Shown here: piece after piece, positions 1 through 9,572 of the stretch
Layout of the letters: each line of letters opens with the position of its first letter
Numbering within the stretch: position 1 is the stretch's first letter
Origin: Saccharofermentans sp.
Lineage (GTDB): Bacteria > Bacillota > Clostridia > Saccharofermentanales > Saccharofermentanaceae
Assembly: GCA_045598625.1 (NCBI GenBank)
Contig: JAZLML010000076.1
Coordinates: 15,525-79,524 of the forward strand
DNA length: 64,000 nt
Reading direction: 5' to 3'
Position numbers and translations under genes: made by a program
The notes under the pieces: generated by a model
Database searches by the model: none
Seen by the model: only the letters and a program-made list of their open reading frames with translations
What the model was told of the DNA's origin: nothing

Positions 1-1455
1 TGCATCTTCATAACTATAGGAACCTGCTGCTGCATCTGCAGACTGAACAGCCGTATATGCAGAACTTCTTCCCGCCATAGGATCGATAGGGTCTGACTTA
101 TCGTCTTCCTGATAGAACAGGGTCTTGGAACCTCTCCACTTAAGTTTGATGGTACCGGTCTGACCGTGACGATTCTTGGCTACGATGATTTTCGCATCCT
201 GAATGTCTTCAGAACGTTTCTCAGCACTATAGTAATCGTCTCTGTCAATAAAGATAACGCTGTCGGCATCCTGCTCGATGGCACCGGAATCACGAAGATC
301 GGCAAGTTGCGGTGTATGGTCGTCTCTTTGAACAGAGCCTCTGGAAAGCTGTGACAAAGCAATAACCGGAACGCCTAAGTCTTTTGCCAAAATCTTAAGA
401 GATCTCGAAATATCGGATACTTCCTGTTGTCTTGAATAGTTGCTTGCATTCTTACCCATCGTCATGAGCTGTAAGTAGTCGACAATTACTACGCCCAAAC
501 GATTTTGGGATTTAAGTTCTTTACATTTAGCCATCATTGAAGCCGGGTTTACGCTTGACTTATCGTCAATATAAAGAGGCAACGACTTCAAATCATTTAC
601 TGCTCGTGAAACCTCGAGAAGTTTTGTCTCACTTAAATTGGCACGTTGCAAATCTTTAGAAGTGGTATCGGACCTGGATGCAAGAATTCGGTTACCGATT
701 TCGCTTTTTGACATCTCAAGAGAGAAAATATCCACTGGTTTATTAACATTAATTACAATGTTTGTAGCAATATTCAATACAAAAGCAGTTTTACCCATAC
801 CAGGTCTTCCTGCAATAATATGAAGAGTACCCGAACGAAGTCCGCCCAAATACTGGTCCAATCTTGTAAAGCCGGTAGGAATACCGGTTCTGTCAACCTG
901 TCCGGTCTGAACGGCATGAATCTCACGAATATTATTCTTGAGGATATCTCCGATAGGTTCAAAACCGACACCCTCGTTATCCACTTTCATATCTGCCAAT
1001 TGCGAAATGGCAGAATCAACAATTCCGTTAACGGAATCTTTGTTGTTAAAAGTAATTTCCGTAAATTCCTGAAATTTTTGAATTAACGTACGCTGACGGC
1101 TTTTCTCGCTTACAATATCGATATAGTAGTCAATGGACGAGAAAGAAGCAACGGAATCGGCAAGACCCAAAACATAAGCCTGACCGCCTGCTTTCTCCAA
1201 TTCCGCGTGACGAGACAAGTCTTCACTTACCGTATAAGCATCAACGTTTTTGCCGTCCAAAAACAATCTTAATACGGAAGCGAAAATGGTTTTATTCTCA
1301 TTCGAATAGAAATAATCAGCGCTGAGTTTTTTACCGGCGGTAATGTCAACAGCTTGAGAATTTTTAAGGCAAAGAGATAATATCGCACGTTCTGTTTCCA
1401 AATCGTACGGCAGTTCTTTGTCCATATTCAGATTGTCGGTATATTTCCTGGCCAC
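1..1455 (-). CDS. dnaB: Replicative DNA helicase DnaB (3' end runs off the window; absent from the ORF track)
   Basis: Manual minus-strand translation: IPTGFTRLDQYLGGLRSGTLHIIAGRPGMGKTAF (Walker A), FSLEMSKSEI, AKNRHGQTG. Start GTG at 1455 or ATG at 1425, directly after the rplI stop; no stop codon before base 1. Confidence 0.96.
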   Translation of the reverse strand, partial: MARKYTDNLNMDKELPYDLETERAILSLCLKNSQAVDITAGKKLSADYFYSNENKTIFASVLRLFLDGKNVDAYTVSEDLSRHAELEKAGGQAYVLGLADSVASFSSIDYYIDIVSEKSRQRTLIQKFQEFTEITFNNKDSVNGIVDSAISQLADMKVDNEGVGFEPIGDILKNNIREIHAVQTGQVDRTGIPTGFTRLDQYLGGLRSGTLHIIAGRPGMGKTAFVLNIATNIVINVNKPVDIFSLEMSKSEIGNRILASRSDTTSKDLQRANLSETKLLEVSRAVNDLKSLPLYIDDKSSVNPASMMAKCKELKSQNRLGVVIVDYLQLMTMGKNASNYSRQQEVSDISRSLKILAKDLGVPVIALSQLSRGSVQRDDHTPQLADLRDSGAIEQDADSVIFIDRDDYYSAEKRSEDIQDAKIIVAKNRHGQTGTIKLKWRGSKTLFYQEDDKSDPIDPMAGRSSAYTAVQSADAAAGSYSYEDA

Positions 1456-1457
1456 TG

Positions 1458-1901
1458 TTATTCAGCCTCAACCTCTAAAGTACAATCGCAGGATACTTCG
1501 GTGTGAAGCTTAACCTTTACACTATAGGTACCAACGTTCTTGATTGTATCTTTTACGGTGATATTTTTCTTCTCTACGTTAAAGCCTTCCTTTTTCATTA
1601 CTCCCGCAATATCCATGGAAGTAACCGCACCGTAAAGACGTCCGCCCTCACCGGTTCTTACCTTGAGAACAAACTTCTTTCCGTCAAGCTTTTTCTTTGT
1701 TTCTTTACAAGCCTCAAGTTCTCTTCTGGCATGCTCTGCTTCAGCACCCTTCTTGAGTTTAACATCATTTAAATTTGCAGCCGAAGACTCTTTTGCAAGC
1801 TTCTGCTTCAAGAGGAAATTGCGGCCGTAACCGTCATTTACTTCAACTACATCATTGGCTTTACCTAAGCCCTTTACATCTTTGAGAAGTATAACTTTCA
1901 T
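1458..1901 (-). CDS. rplI: 50S ribosomal protein L9
   Basis: [37 protein letters not shown]; upstream of dnaB. Confidence 0.98.
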   Translation of the reverse strand: MKVILLKDVKGLGKANDVVEVNDGYGRNFLLKQKLAKESSAANLNDVKLKKGAEAEHARRELEACKETKKKLDGKKFVLKVRTGEGGRLYGAVTSMDIAGVMKKEGFNVEKKNITVKDTIKNVGTYSVKVKLHTEVSCDCTLEVEAE

Positions 1902-1920
1902 ACTGATTTTACTGCTCCGA

Positions 1921-1962
1921 AAAAAATAATAGGCACTCCGCGGAACTTGCGGAGTGTCTATT
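1921..1962 (-). terminator. Intrinsic terminator after rpsR
   Basis: Plus strand AATAGGCACTCCGC-ggaactt-GCGGAGTGTCTATT with an A-tract at 1921-1926 (U-tract on minus). Confidence 0.8.
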
Positions 1963-1963
1963 G

Positions 1964-1992
1964 ATTATACACTTAATATTGTCTTTTTCCAA
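1964..1992 (-). promoter_or_regulatory. SigA-like promoter for rplI-dnaB
   Basis: Minus strand TTGGAA-N17-TATAAT with TG immediately upstream of the -10. Confidence 0.6.
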
Positions 1993-1998
1993 TTACAA

Positions 1999-2268
1999 TC
2001 AGTCAGCGATGAATGGAAGAAGTGCAATCTGACGTGCACGCTTGATAGCTGTTGTGAGCTCACGCTGGTGCTTTGCACAAGTACCTGTCATTCTCTTTGG
2101 GAGAATCTTACCGCGCTCAGAAACAAACTTACGAAGCTTAGCTGCGTCTTTGTAATCGATTACTTCAACTTTCTCTGCACAGAAAGCGCAAGTCTTTCTG
2201 CGGGAACGTCTTGGTCTCATGTTGCCGCCGAACTCACGACCTGCTTTAGGTGCTCTGTTATCAGCCAT
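1999..2268 (-). CDS. rpsR: 30S ribosomal protein S18
   Basis: CAFC...[33 protein letters not shown] (zinc-binding C+ form). Confidence 0.98.
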   Translation of the reverse strand: MADNRAPKAGREFGGNMRPRRSRRKTCAFCAEKVEVIDYKDAAKLRKFVSERGKILPKRMTGTCAKHQRELTTAIKRARQIALLPFIAD

Positions 2269-2287
2269 AATTCTAAATCTCCTTTAA

Positions 2288-2761
2288 TTAAATCTCGAAC
2301 GGAAGTTCTATACCATCGTCCGTCTCTTCGAAGACCGGAGAATCCATCTGTGGAGCGATAGGAGCTTTAGGTGCAGAAGGTGCCTGATGATTTGCTGCAG
2401 GAGCTGCCGAAACAGGAGCTGCTGCCTGGGCGCCGTCACGTGAACCGTTTGATTCGCAGAACTCTGCCTCATCTACGATTACTTCCGTAACATATCTCTT
2501 CTGACCGTTGTTGTCGTCATAACTTCTGGACTGCAATGAACCGCAAACCATTATCTTGGAACCCTTCTTAAAATAAGAGTTAATAAATGTTGCCGTCTGT
2601 CTCCAAGCTACACAACTAATGAAATCTGCCTGTCTTTGTCCGTTTGCATCCTTAAAACGGCGGTCAACCGCAATTGTAAAGTTACAGAAAGGAACCTGAC
2701 TAGCAGTATTCTTAATTTCCGGATCCTTGGTTAATCTTCCCATTAAAATTACTTTGTTCAT
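2288..2761 (-). CDS. ssb: Single-stranded DNA-binding protein
   Basis: MNKVILMGRLTKDPE, DFISCVAW, acidic tail ending LPFEI; start moved to ATG 2761. Confidence 0.97.
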   Translation of the reverse strand: MNKVILMGRLTKDPEIKNTASQVPFCNFTIAVDRRFKDANGQRQADFISCVAWRQTATFINSYFKKGSKIMVCGSLQSRSYDDNNGQKRYVTEVIVDEAEFCESNGSRDGAQAAAPVSAAPAANHQAPSAPKAPIAPQMDSPVFEETDDGIELPFEI

Positions 2762-2788
2762 TATCTTTGCCTCCGATGTCAATAAGAT

Positions 2789-3076
2789 TTACTCATCAAC
2801 ACGAACGACTAAGTAACGCAAAACACCTTCGGTAATCTTGAGAACACGCTCAATCTCCTTAGGGAATGCAGACTCAGCAGAGAAATTGAACTGAAGGTAA
2901 TATCCTTCTTTCTGGTCGTTAATCTCGTATGCTAATTTCTTCATACCGAGAACGTCCATTGTCTCAATGGAAGCACCTGCCTCAACCTTAGCCTTAACGC
3001 TTTCAGTCAAAGTATTGAGAGCTTCTTCACCCATGGAAGGGTTGAGAACTACGATCAACTCATACTTGTTAGCCAT
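2789..3076 (-). CDS. rpsF: 30S ribosomal protein S6
   Basis: MANKYELIVVLNP, GMKKLAYEI, VLRYLVVR; RBS GGAGGTG before ATG 3076. Confidence 0.97.
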   Translation of the reverse strand: MANKYELIVVLNPSMGEEALNTLTESVKAKVEAGASIETMDVLGMKKLAYEINDQKEGYYLQFNFSAESAFPKEIERVLKITEGVLRYLVVRVDE

Positions 3077-3079
3077 TAT

Positions 3080-3135
3080 TTCACCTCCTCTTGGTCTCAA
3101 CGGCCCGATAACGTGTATCGAGCAAGGAACTTTAC
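3080..3135 (-). ncRNA. S6:S18 ribosomal protein leader (autoregulatory mRNA element)
   Basis: Minus strand TTCCTTGCTCGATACACGTTATCGGGCCGTTGAGACCAAGAGGAGGTG: hairpin, CCG core and 5' pyrimidines able to pair with the Shine-Dalgarno, matching the known Firmicute rpsF leader layout (from recall; not confirmed by covariance model). Confidence 0.75.
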
Positions 3136-3156
3136 TGCATTTTTACAGCATTTGAG

Positions 3157-3186
3157 AGAATACCACAAACAATGCAATCAAGTCAA
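3157..3186 (-). promoter_or_regulatory. SigA-like promoter of rpsF-ssb-rpsR
   Basis: Minus strand TTGACT-N18-TATTCT, extended -10 TG, just upstream of the leader. Confidence 0.55.
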
Positions 3187-3314
3187 GTAAAAAGAGCTTT
3201 TCCGAAGATATCTGACGAAACACTTTAATCGTTTCGCGTTCGATTTTCTTTTCGATATAATTCTACTACGTCAGACGCTTCAAAAAAATATCAAAAATTC
3301 CCATTTTTTGAAGG

Positions 3315-5123
3315 TTACGCTCTTTCGAGTCCCAAATCGACCAAAATATACGGAAACAGCAATTTCAGGTATGCTTCCACGGCGCGAACCGTGTGAAGAT
3401 GCGTAGGATAGCTTTCTCCCTGCGGATCGGGAACAGAAATCGATACGGTTCTTCCCTTATCATCTTTTATCACAAGACCCTTGGATACTGCATAAGAATA
3501 CATTGAGAACACTTTGCCGCGCATTTCAGGGAAAGCTCTTACGATTTCTTCGGCCTGCTCATCACGCATCGCGAAAACCAGATCGCTTTCATCGTACATA
3601 TCAACAGAAACACGTTTTGTGCTCATATAACCGATATCTTTTCCGAGAACTTCCTTTACGGCTTTCTCTGTATCTTCGGAAATTGCCTCGCCGTCATAAG
3701 CATAAAGACCTGCAGACTCGCAATAAAGTTCACCCGCAGTCTTATGGTCTTCTGAAGAACAAAACGGTCCCTTACGAACTATCAAATCCGAGAAAACGCT
3801 TTCTGCGGCAATACTTAACGAACGGTTGCTGTCACATACAAACAATACCGATGCGGTCATTACACCGAAAGAATCGTCTTCTTCAAAGTTCTTACCCGAT
3901 ACCTCAAAAGACTTCTCGGCCTTTAAGGAATCAGGCAAATCACCGCTTTTTACGGCTGCTTTTGAAAGTCTGTTCATATATGCTTTTGAAAGACCTGCAC
4001 CACCGAAACCGGAAGCCAGAATATAGTCAACTTCCTGCAAATCCAATGTGCGAAGACCGTCAAAAAGTCCGTGACTTGCAGCGGATACATCGCAGGACTT
4101 ACCGTAAACAAAGAAGTTTGTATGTGATAAAAGGACGTTATCGCCTAACTTCTCAAAAAGAATTCTTACTTCTTCACCGCAGAAAAGCCCTACTCTTGAA
4201 AGAGGATTCAAAGCGAGAATTTCCTTGGTTTTCAAAAGGTACGGCTTAGCTATGGAGAAAAGTTCCTCCCTTTCTTCATCGGAAAGAGATTCGAAATCGA
4301 TTTCTTCCGTCTTCTCTTCGGCATTTTTAATACTTAAAGTATCTTCATCACCCGTAAGAGAAAGACTTTGAGGAAAATCCATTATCAAAACTTCCGCTTT
4401 TGGAGCATAGTGTCTGTATTTCATACCCGGAGCCTTAGGCGTTTCCCCTTCATTAAGACTTAATTGACTTTCGGTTTTAACGTTACAAACCTCATCAACC
4501 TGACTTTGTGTTACGGCACCCGGTCTTAAAATTACAGGTATTTCTCCAGTAGCGTCAATTACCGTGGATTCAAGTCCGTAGTCACTTTCGCCGCCGTCAA
4601 TTATTGCATAGATGTATTTATTCATATCTTTAAATACGTGGGATACTTTTGTAGGAGAAGGACTTCCCGAAAGATTGGCCGAAGGAGCTGCCACGGGACA
4701 CTTACAATATGAGAGGAACTTCTGCGCAACGGGATTTACCGGCATTCTTATGCCTACCGTATCAAGGCCCGCAGTTACATTATCGGGAATAATCTTGCTT
4801 TTCTTCATTATTACGGTAACCGGCCCCGGCATAAAAGCATCGATAAGTTTTTGAGCCAAAGGAGTAATCTCGCTTACAAGCTCATTAATCTGACTTTTAT
4901 CGCTTATATGAACTATAAGAGGATTATCGCCCGGACGTCCCTTGGCCTTAAAAATCTCGGCTACGGCATTCTCGGACAATGCGTTCGCACCGAGACCGTA
5001 AACGGTTTCGGTCGGAAAACCCACTACCTCGCCCTCGCGAAGGTGCTCGGCCGCATCTCTTATTCCTTCGTCATCGAAAGAATCGTAAACAATGGTCTTG
5101 TCATATTTATTTACACGTTCCAT
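3315..5123 (-). CDS. sua5: Sua5/TsaC threonylcarbamoyl-AMP synthase fused to a C-terminal degenerate LMW phosphatase-like domain
   Basis: FPTETVYGLGA, KGRPGDNPLIVH, AAPSANLSG, PGMKYRHYAP; C-terminal ~175 aa with VLFVCDSNRSLS and VPDPQG. Confidence 0.92.
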   Translation of the reverse strand: MERVNKYDKTIVYDSFDDEGIRDAAEHLREGEVVGFPTETVYGLGANALSENAVAEIFKAKGRPGDNPLIVHISDKSQINELVSEITPLAQKLIDAFMPGPVTVIMKKSKIIPDNVTAGLDTVGIRMPVNPVAQKFLSYCKCPVAAPSANLSGSPSPTKVSHVFKDMNKYIYAIIDGGESDYGLESTVIDATGEIPVILRPGAVTQSQVDEVCNVKTESQLSLNEGETPKAPGMKYRHYAPKAEVLIMDFPQSLSLTGDEDTLSIKNAEEKTEEIDFESLSDEEREELFSIAKPYLLKTKEILALNPLSRVGLFCGEEVRILFEKLGDNVLLSHTNFFVYGKSCDVSAASHGLFDGLRTLDLQEVDYILASGFGGAGLSKAYMNRLSKAAVKSGDLPDSLKAEKSFEVSGKNFEEDDSFGVMTASVLFVCDSNRSLSIAAESVFSDLIVRKGPFCSSEDHKTAGELYCESAGLYAYDGEAISEDTEKAVKEVLGKDIGYMSTKRVSVDMYDESDLVFAMRDEQAEEIVRAFPEMRGKVFSMYSYAVSKGLVIKDDKGRTVSISVPDPQGESYPTHLHTVRAVEAYLKLLFPYILVDLGLERA

Positions 5124-5142
5124 AAGTTTTCCTCTTACAAAA

Positions 5143-6228
5143 TTAATCCTCGTTATCTTCGCCTGACTTTTCTTCCGATGCGTAATATACGGTCAGACTG
5201 TCGATTATCTCATCCAAGTCTCCGGCCAGAATTTCCTCCAAACGGTAAAGCGTTAAGTTTACTCTGTGGTCGGTTACTCGACCCTGGTGATAGTTATATG
5301 TTCTTATTCTTTCGGATCTGTCGCCGGAACCTACCTGCGATTTGCGTTCCGAATCTTCGGCATCTTTATCCTTCTTGTTCGCAATTTCCCAAAGCCTGCT
5401 TTTTAATACCGCCATGGCTTTGTCTTTGTTCTTAAACTGGCTTCTTTCATCCTGACATTGTACCACGAGGCCCGTAGGAATATGGGTAATTCTTATTGCG
5501 GATGAGGTTTTATTTATGTGCTGACCTCCCGCACCGGAAGATCTGTAACGGTCGATTTTTAAGTCGTCGGGGTTTATTACAACATCAGTTCCGATCGCTT
5601 CAGGAAGAACAGCCACCGTGCAGGCCGAGGTGTGAATTCTTCCGCCCGATTCAGTTACGGGAACTCTTTGAACACGGTGAACCCCGCTTTCAAATTTAAA
5701 TCTGCTGTAGGCGCCCTTACCGCTTATCTCGAGCACAACTTCCTTAAAGCCTCCGAGTTCCGTCTCGTTGGCATCTATTATCTCCATCGAAAACCCTTTG
5801 GAAATACAATATCCTCTGTACATCTTAAGCAAAGTATCTGAAAATAGCGCTGCCTCTTCGCCGCCCGTCCCGGCTCTTATTTCCATAATAACATTACGGT
5901 CGTCTCTCGGATCCTTTTCCGCAAGTAAGAGCTTCAGCTCGTTTTCGAGCTTTTCAAGTTCGGAAGATATTTCGGAAAACTCTTCGTTTGCAAGCTGCCT
6001 TAATTCTTTATCGCTTTCGTTCTCATAAATCTCCCGCGCTTCGGCAAGCTGATTTTGAAGCGTAAAGTACTTCTTTACGAGGTTTGCCTTTTCCTCCAGT
6101 TCACCGAGTTCTCTTGACAGAGCAAGATATCTTTCGGTGTCCGAAAGGACGTTCGGATCTGACACGGACGACAAGAGTTCTTCGTAGCGGTTTAGTATAG
6201 ATTGGGTTTTCGAGAGGTCGACTGACAT
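5143..6228 (-). CDS. prfA: Peptide chain release factor 1
   Basis: GGQ motif (GAGGQHINKT), PVT recognition motif, RIRTYN. Confidence 0.98.
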   Translation of the reverse strand: MSVDLSKTQSILNRYEELLSSVSDPNVLSDTERYLALSRELGELEEKANLVKKYFTLQNQLAEAREIYENESDKELRQLANEEFSEISSELEKLENELKLLLAEKDPRDDRNVIMEIRAGTGGEEAALFSDTLLKMYRGYCISKGFSMEIIDANETELGGFKEVVLEISGKGAYSRFKFESGVHRVQRVPVTESGGRIHTSACTVAVLPEAIGTDVVINPDDLKIDRYRSSGAGGQHINKTSSAIRITHIPTGLVVQCQDERSQFKNKDKAMAVLKSRLWEIANKKDKDAEDSERKSQVGSGDRSERIRTYNYHQGRVTDHRVNLTLYRLEEILAGDLDEIIDSLTVYYASEEKSGEDNED

Positions 6229-6272
6229 ATATTTCTCCTTCGGTTTATATAAGTGTGTAAAACCGAAACCGA

Positions 6273-7076
6273 CTAACCGACAGTTTGAACAGAAGACTCT
6301 TCATCGATATAAGTATCCGTATCGGAAGCAGAAATTTCCTCAGTCAAAGAAGGCTCTGCGGAAACCTCAGGCGCGGAAGTTTCAGGCAACGGGTAAAGAG
6401 TCGTTTCTACAACTGCCTCATCCGTCTTTACGATATCCGAAAGCATAATATTCAACAATTGTACCGAAAACTCCTTGTCATAAGAAGAAAAATCCGTCGC
6501 ATACTCTTCGTTGATTATATCCATAGCCGTACCGAGAAGGAGTGAAAACCTCATAGAACAGTAATGATCGTTTTCACTTATCGGCATAAGAAGAAGAGAA
6601 CGATAAGTCGTAACATTATTTTCGCCAAAGACATAAACAGTTGCACCGTTTGAAACGGCGCATTTATTAACTATTTCCCACTGTGCTTTACTGAGACCGC
6701 TTACCGGATTGACTACAATAAAAATGTTTTCCGCATACTCACGTTTTCCTGATGTTTCCAACACATTACCTTCCTGATCGGATATTGTAACGTTAAAGGT
6801 ACGTGTCTCGGTCGGAAGATTTGTATCGTTTAGATCAAAAGAGTCCAATTTAATAATATTAAGATTGGCACTTTCAATATGTGCCGGAACATCACCGATC
6901 CAATAAATAACGCAATCTTCGTTCTTTAGTGCAGCAACAGCATCCTGAAGATTTGCTTTCTCGACAGATACTTCAGAAATCGTGTTAAGACTTAACCCGA
7001 ACTTCACAAAAAAGAATATCAGGATTGCAGCCACTATTGCCAATACTATAAACAAAGACGCACTGGACTTTCTCAT
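6273..7076 (-). CDS. Hypothetical membrane-anchored protein
   Basis: 267-aa ORF, one N-terminal hydrophobic helix, acidic Ser/Thr/Glu tail; RBS GGAGG; lies in the mutS2-prfA run. Confidence 0.75.
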   Translation of the reverse strand: MRKSSASLFIVLAIVAAILIFFFVKFGLSLNTISEVSVEKANLQDAVAALKNEDCVIYWIGDVPAHIESANLNIIKLDSFDLNDTNLPTETRTFNVTISDQEGNVLETSGKREYAENIFIVVNPVSGLSKAQWEIVNKCAVSNGATVYVFGENNVTTYRSLLLMPISENDHYCSMRFSLLLGTAMDIINEEYATDFSSYDKEFSVQLLNIMLSDIVKTDEAVVETTLYPLPETSAPEVSAEPSLTEEISASDTDTYIDEESSVQTVG

Positions 7077-7086
7077 AATTCCTCCG

Positions 7087-9555
7087 TTAATAAAGCTCGG
7101 CTATGGTTACGCCGTCTTCTCCCTCTCCGACGGTTCCGAGTCTGTGAGATTTAACTCTGGAATCGCCTCTTAAATAAGAATCGACAACACTTCTTAAAGC
7201 ACCGGTTCCTTTACCGTGAACTATTCTTATCTGCTTAATCGAAGTCAAAGAACAGTCGTCGATATAAGAAGCAAGCATACTTTCGGCCTCGTCGGCACGC
7301 TTTCCCAAGAGCATAAGTTCAGGCAATGTATTCATTGACTTCTCGAAAGCCAAATTTACGGCTGCCGAATTCTTTCTTTCGTAAGGTCTGTCGCGTCTTA
7401 TCTTCTGAGAAGACGTATCTTCAACCTTAAGCTGACTCTTGGAAGGTACTCTCAGGCACTCAACCTCAACGGTCATTTTAACCGTTCCCGCCTCAATTTG
7501 CACCTTATTATTTTTAGATGGCTTGGTAAGACAGATTCCCATCAGGTCAAGATGCGGAATATAGTAGGTTTTTCCGACCTCAACTTTATTCGGAACCTCG
7601 CCCGGCATACTCTTTATATCAAGATTATCGTCGGAACTGTCATCGGTTAAATCCTTAATTCCTGCACGAAGTCTCCTTCTTACCTTCTCGGTCTCGGTAA
7701 GTGTATCTTCACGCTGCTTTTTCTTACTCTGCTCACGAAGTTCCTTGATAAGGTTATCGAGCTCCTCCTCTTTTTCTTCAAGCAAAGCCTTCTGTTCAGC
7801 TCTGGAATCATTCAAGATTTTGGTCTTGGACTGCTTTAACTTGGAATATTCTTCCTTAAGCTTCTCCTTTTCTTCCGAAAGTTCAGCCTTTAAAGCCTCA
7901 TTTTCCTTACGTAAAGCCAAAGCTTCTTTATTATTCCTTTCGGCTTCTTCGAGAAGTCTTTCGTAAGAGAATTCGTCCTCGGAAAGCTTTCCCACGGCCT
8001 CGTCAATAATTCTTCGAGGAAGGCCGAGTTTCTGTGAAATAACAAAAGCGTTACTTACACCCGGAACACCTATTATGAGCCTATAGGTCGGCGACAATGT
8101 CTGCGTGTCAAACTCGAAAGAACCGTTAATTACGCCGTCTTTCTCGATAGCGTAGGCCTTAAGTTCCTTGTAGTGAGTAGTCGCCATGGTAACGCAATCT
8201 TTATTAAAAAGCTCGTCCAAAATGGCAATTGCCAAAGCAGCACCCTCGTTAGGATCGGTTCCCGAACCCAATTCATCAAGCAAAACCAATGCTTTGCCGC
8301 GAATGTTCTTCAGAATAAATACGATATTTGACATATGTGCCGAGAAAGTGGAAAGACTTTGTTCAATACTTTGCTCGTCACCGATATCAGCCAGAATCTT
8401 ATCGAAAACGGCAACCTCAGAACCTACTGCACAAGGAATCATAAGTCCTGCCATACACATAGCGGTAAGAAGTCCGCAAGTCTTTAAAGATACCGTTTTA
8501 CCGCCCGTATTAGGTCCCGTTATGATAAGGGACTTATATTTCTCACCGACCTCGATATCAACAGGCACAACCTGTTTCTTATCGATAAGCGGATGTCTTG
8601 CTTTGCAAAGCCTTATGTACCCGCGATTATTAAGGGCAGGCTTAACAGCCTCCATCGAAATCGCCAATTTTCCTTTGGCGGAAGCAAAATCGATATTTGC
8701 CACCAACGAAACATCGGATAAAATTGCATCCTTATTTTTGAGAACCTTATTCGTAAGCATCTCGAGAATTCTTCTTATTTCTTCCTGCTCAAGACCCGTA
8801 AGCTCTCTTATTCGGTTATTCGCCTCAACTACCGAAAGCGGCTCTATAAATACCGTCTGACCTGTAGAAGAAGTATCGTGAATGATACCGGGGATTTTAT
8901 TCTTGCATTCAACACGCACAGGAACACAATATCTGTCACCTCTGATGGTTATGATTGCTTCCTGCAAAACATCCTCGTTATTCCTTATTACTCTGTCGAG
9001 AAGAACTCTGATGTTCTGCTGAATATCTTTTTTCTCGCGTCTTAAAGAGTAGAGCGTATCACTTGCACGATCGTTCATCTCTTCCTCGTTTACGATACAT
9101 GCACCAATCTCCTTTGAAAGGGCTTCAATCGGGTCCAAAAGCGCGATGGCTCTGAAAAGATTTGTTTCGGCCATATCGGCATGCTCGTTGGAAATTACTT
9201 TCTTAAGCGAGAAAGATGAGTTTAAGAAAGCGGCCACGTCCAAAAGATTTTTCATTGTAAGAATGCCGCCTGCCTCCGCATAGGATATGGCAGGTTTTAA
9301 ATCTCTGAAACCCGATAACGGCAACGGGCCGTATTTATTTATGTATGTAAACGCTTCGTATGTGTCATTTAATGAATCTTCCACAAATTTGTAGTCGGAA
9401 GTAGGACATAAATCCTTAAGTAAATCTTTTCCGTAACAAGTGGAAGCGCAACCCAAAAGCTGCTCTTTAATTTTGTCAAACTCGAGTACGGACAGTACGC
9501 GCCCTTTTATTTGCTTACGTCTTTCCTCTTCTTCGAATGTTGAATATCTGTACAT
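7087..9555 (-). CDS. mutS2: Endonuclease MutS2
   Basis: ARHPL, ITGPNTGGKT, DIGDEQSIEQSLSTFS, LLDELGSGTDP, C-terminal Smr domain IVHGKGTG. Confidence 0.97.
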   Translation of the reverse strand: MYRYSTFEEEERRKQIKGRVLSVLEFDKIKEQLLGCASTCYGKDLLKDLCPTSDYKFVEDSLNDTYEAFTYINKYGPLPLSGFRDLKPAISYAEAGGILTMKNLLDVAAFLNSSFSLKKVISNEHADMAETNLFRAIALLDPIEALSKEIGACIVNEEEMNDRASDTLYSLRREKKDIQQNIRVLLDRVIRNNEDVLQEAIITIRGDRYCVPVRVECKNKIPGIIHDTSSTGQTVFIEPLSVVEANNRIRELTGLEQEEIRRILEMLTNKVLKNKDAILSDVSLVANIDFASAKGKLAISMEAVKPALNNRGYIRLCKARHPLIDKKQVVPVDIEVGEKYKSLIITGPNTGGKTVSLKTCGLLTAMCMAGLMIPCAVGSEVAVFDKILADIGDEQSIEQSLSTFSAHMSNIVFILKNIRGKALVLLDELGSGTDPNEGAALAIAILDELFNKDCVTMATTHYKELKAYAIEKDGVINGSFEFDTQTLSPTYRLIIGVPGVSNAFVISQKLGLPRRIIDEAVGKLSEDEFSYERLLEEAERNNKEALALRKENEALKAELSEEKEKLKEEYSKLKQSKTKILNDSRAEQKALLEEKEEELDNLIKELREQSKKKQREDTLTETEKVRRRLRAGIKDLTDDSSDDNLDIKSMPGEVPNKVEVGKTYYIPHLDLMGICLTKPSKNNKVQIEAGTVKMTVEVECLRVPSKSQLKVEDTSSQKIRRDRPYERKNSAAVNLAFEKSMNTLPELMLLGKRADEAESMLASYIDDCSLTSIKQIRIVHGKGTGALRSVVDSYLRGDSRVKSHRLGTVGEGEDGVTIAELY

Positions 9556-9572
9556 TTTACCTTTATTGAAAC

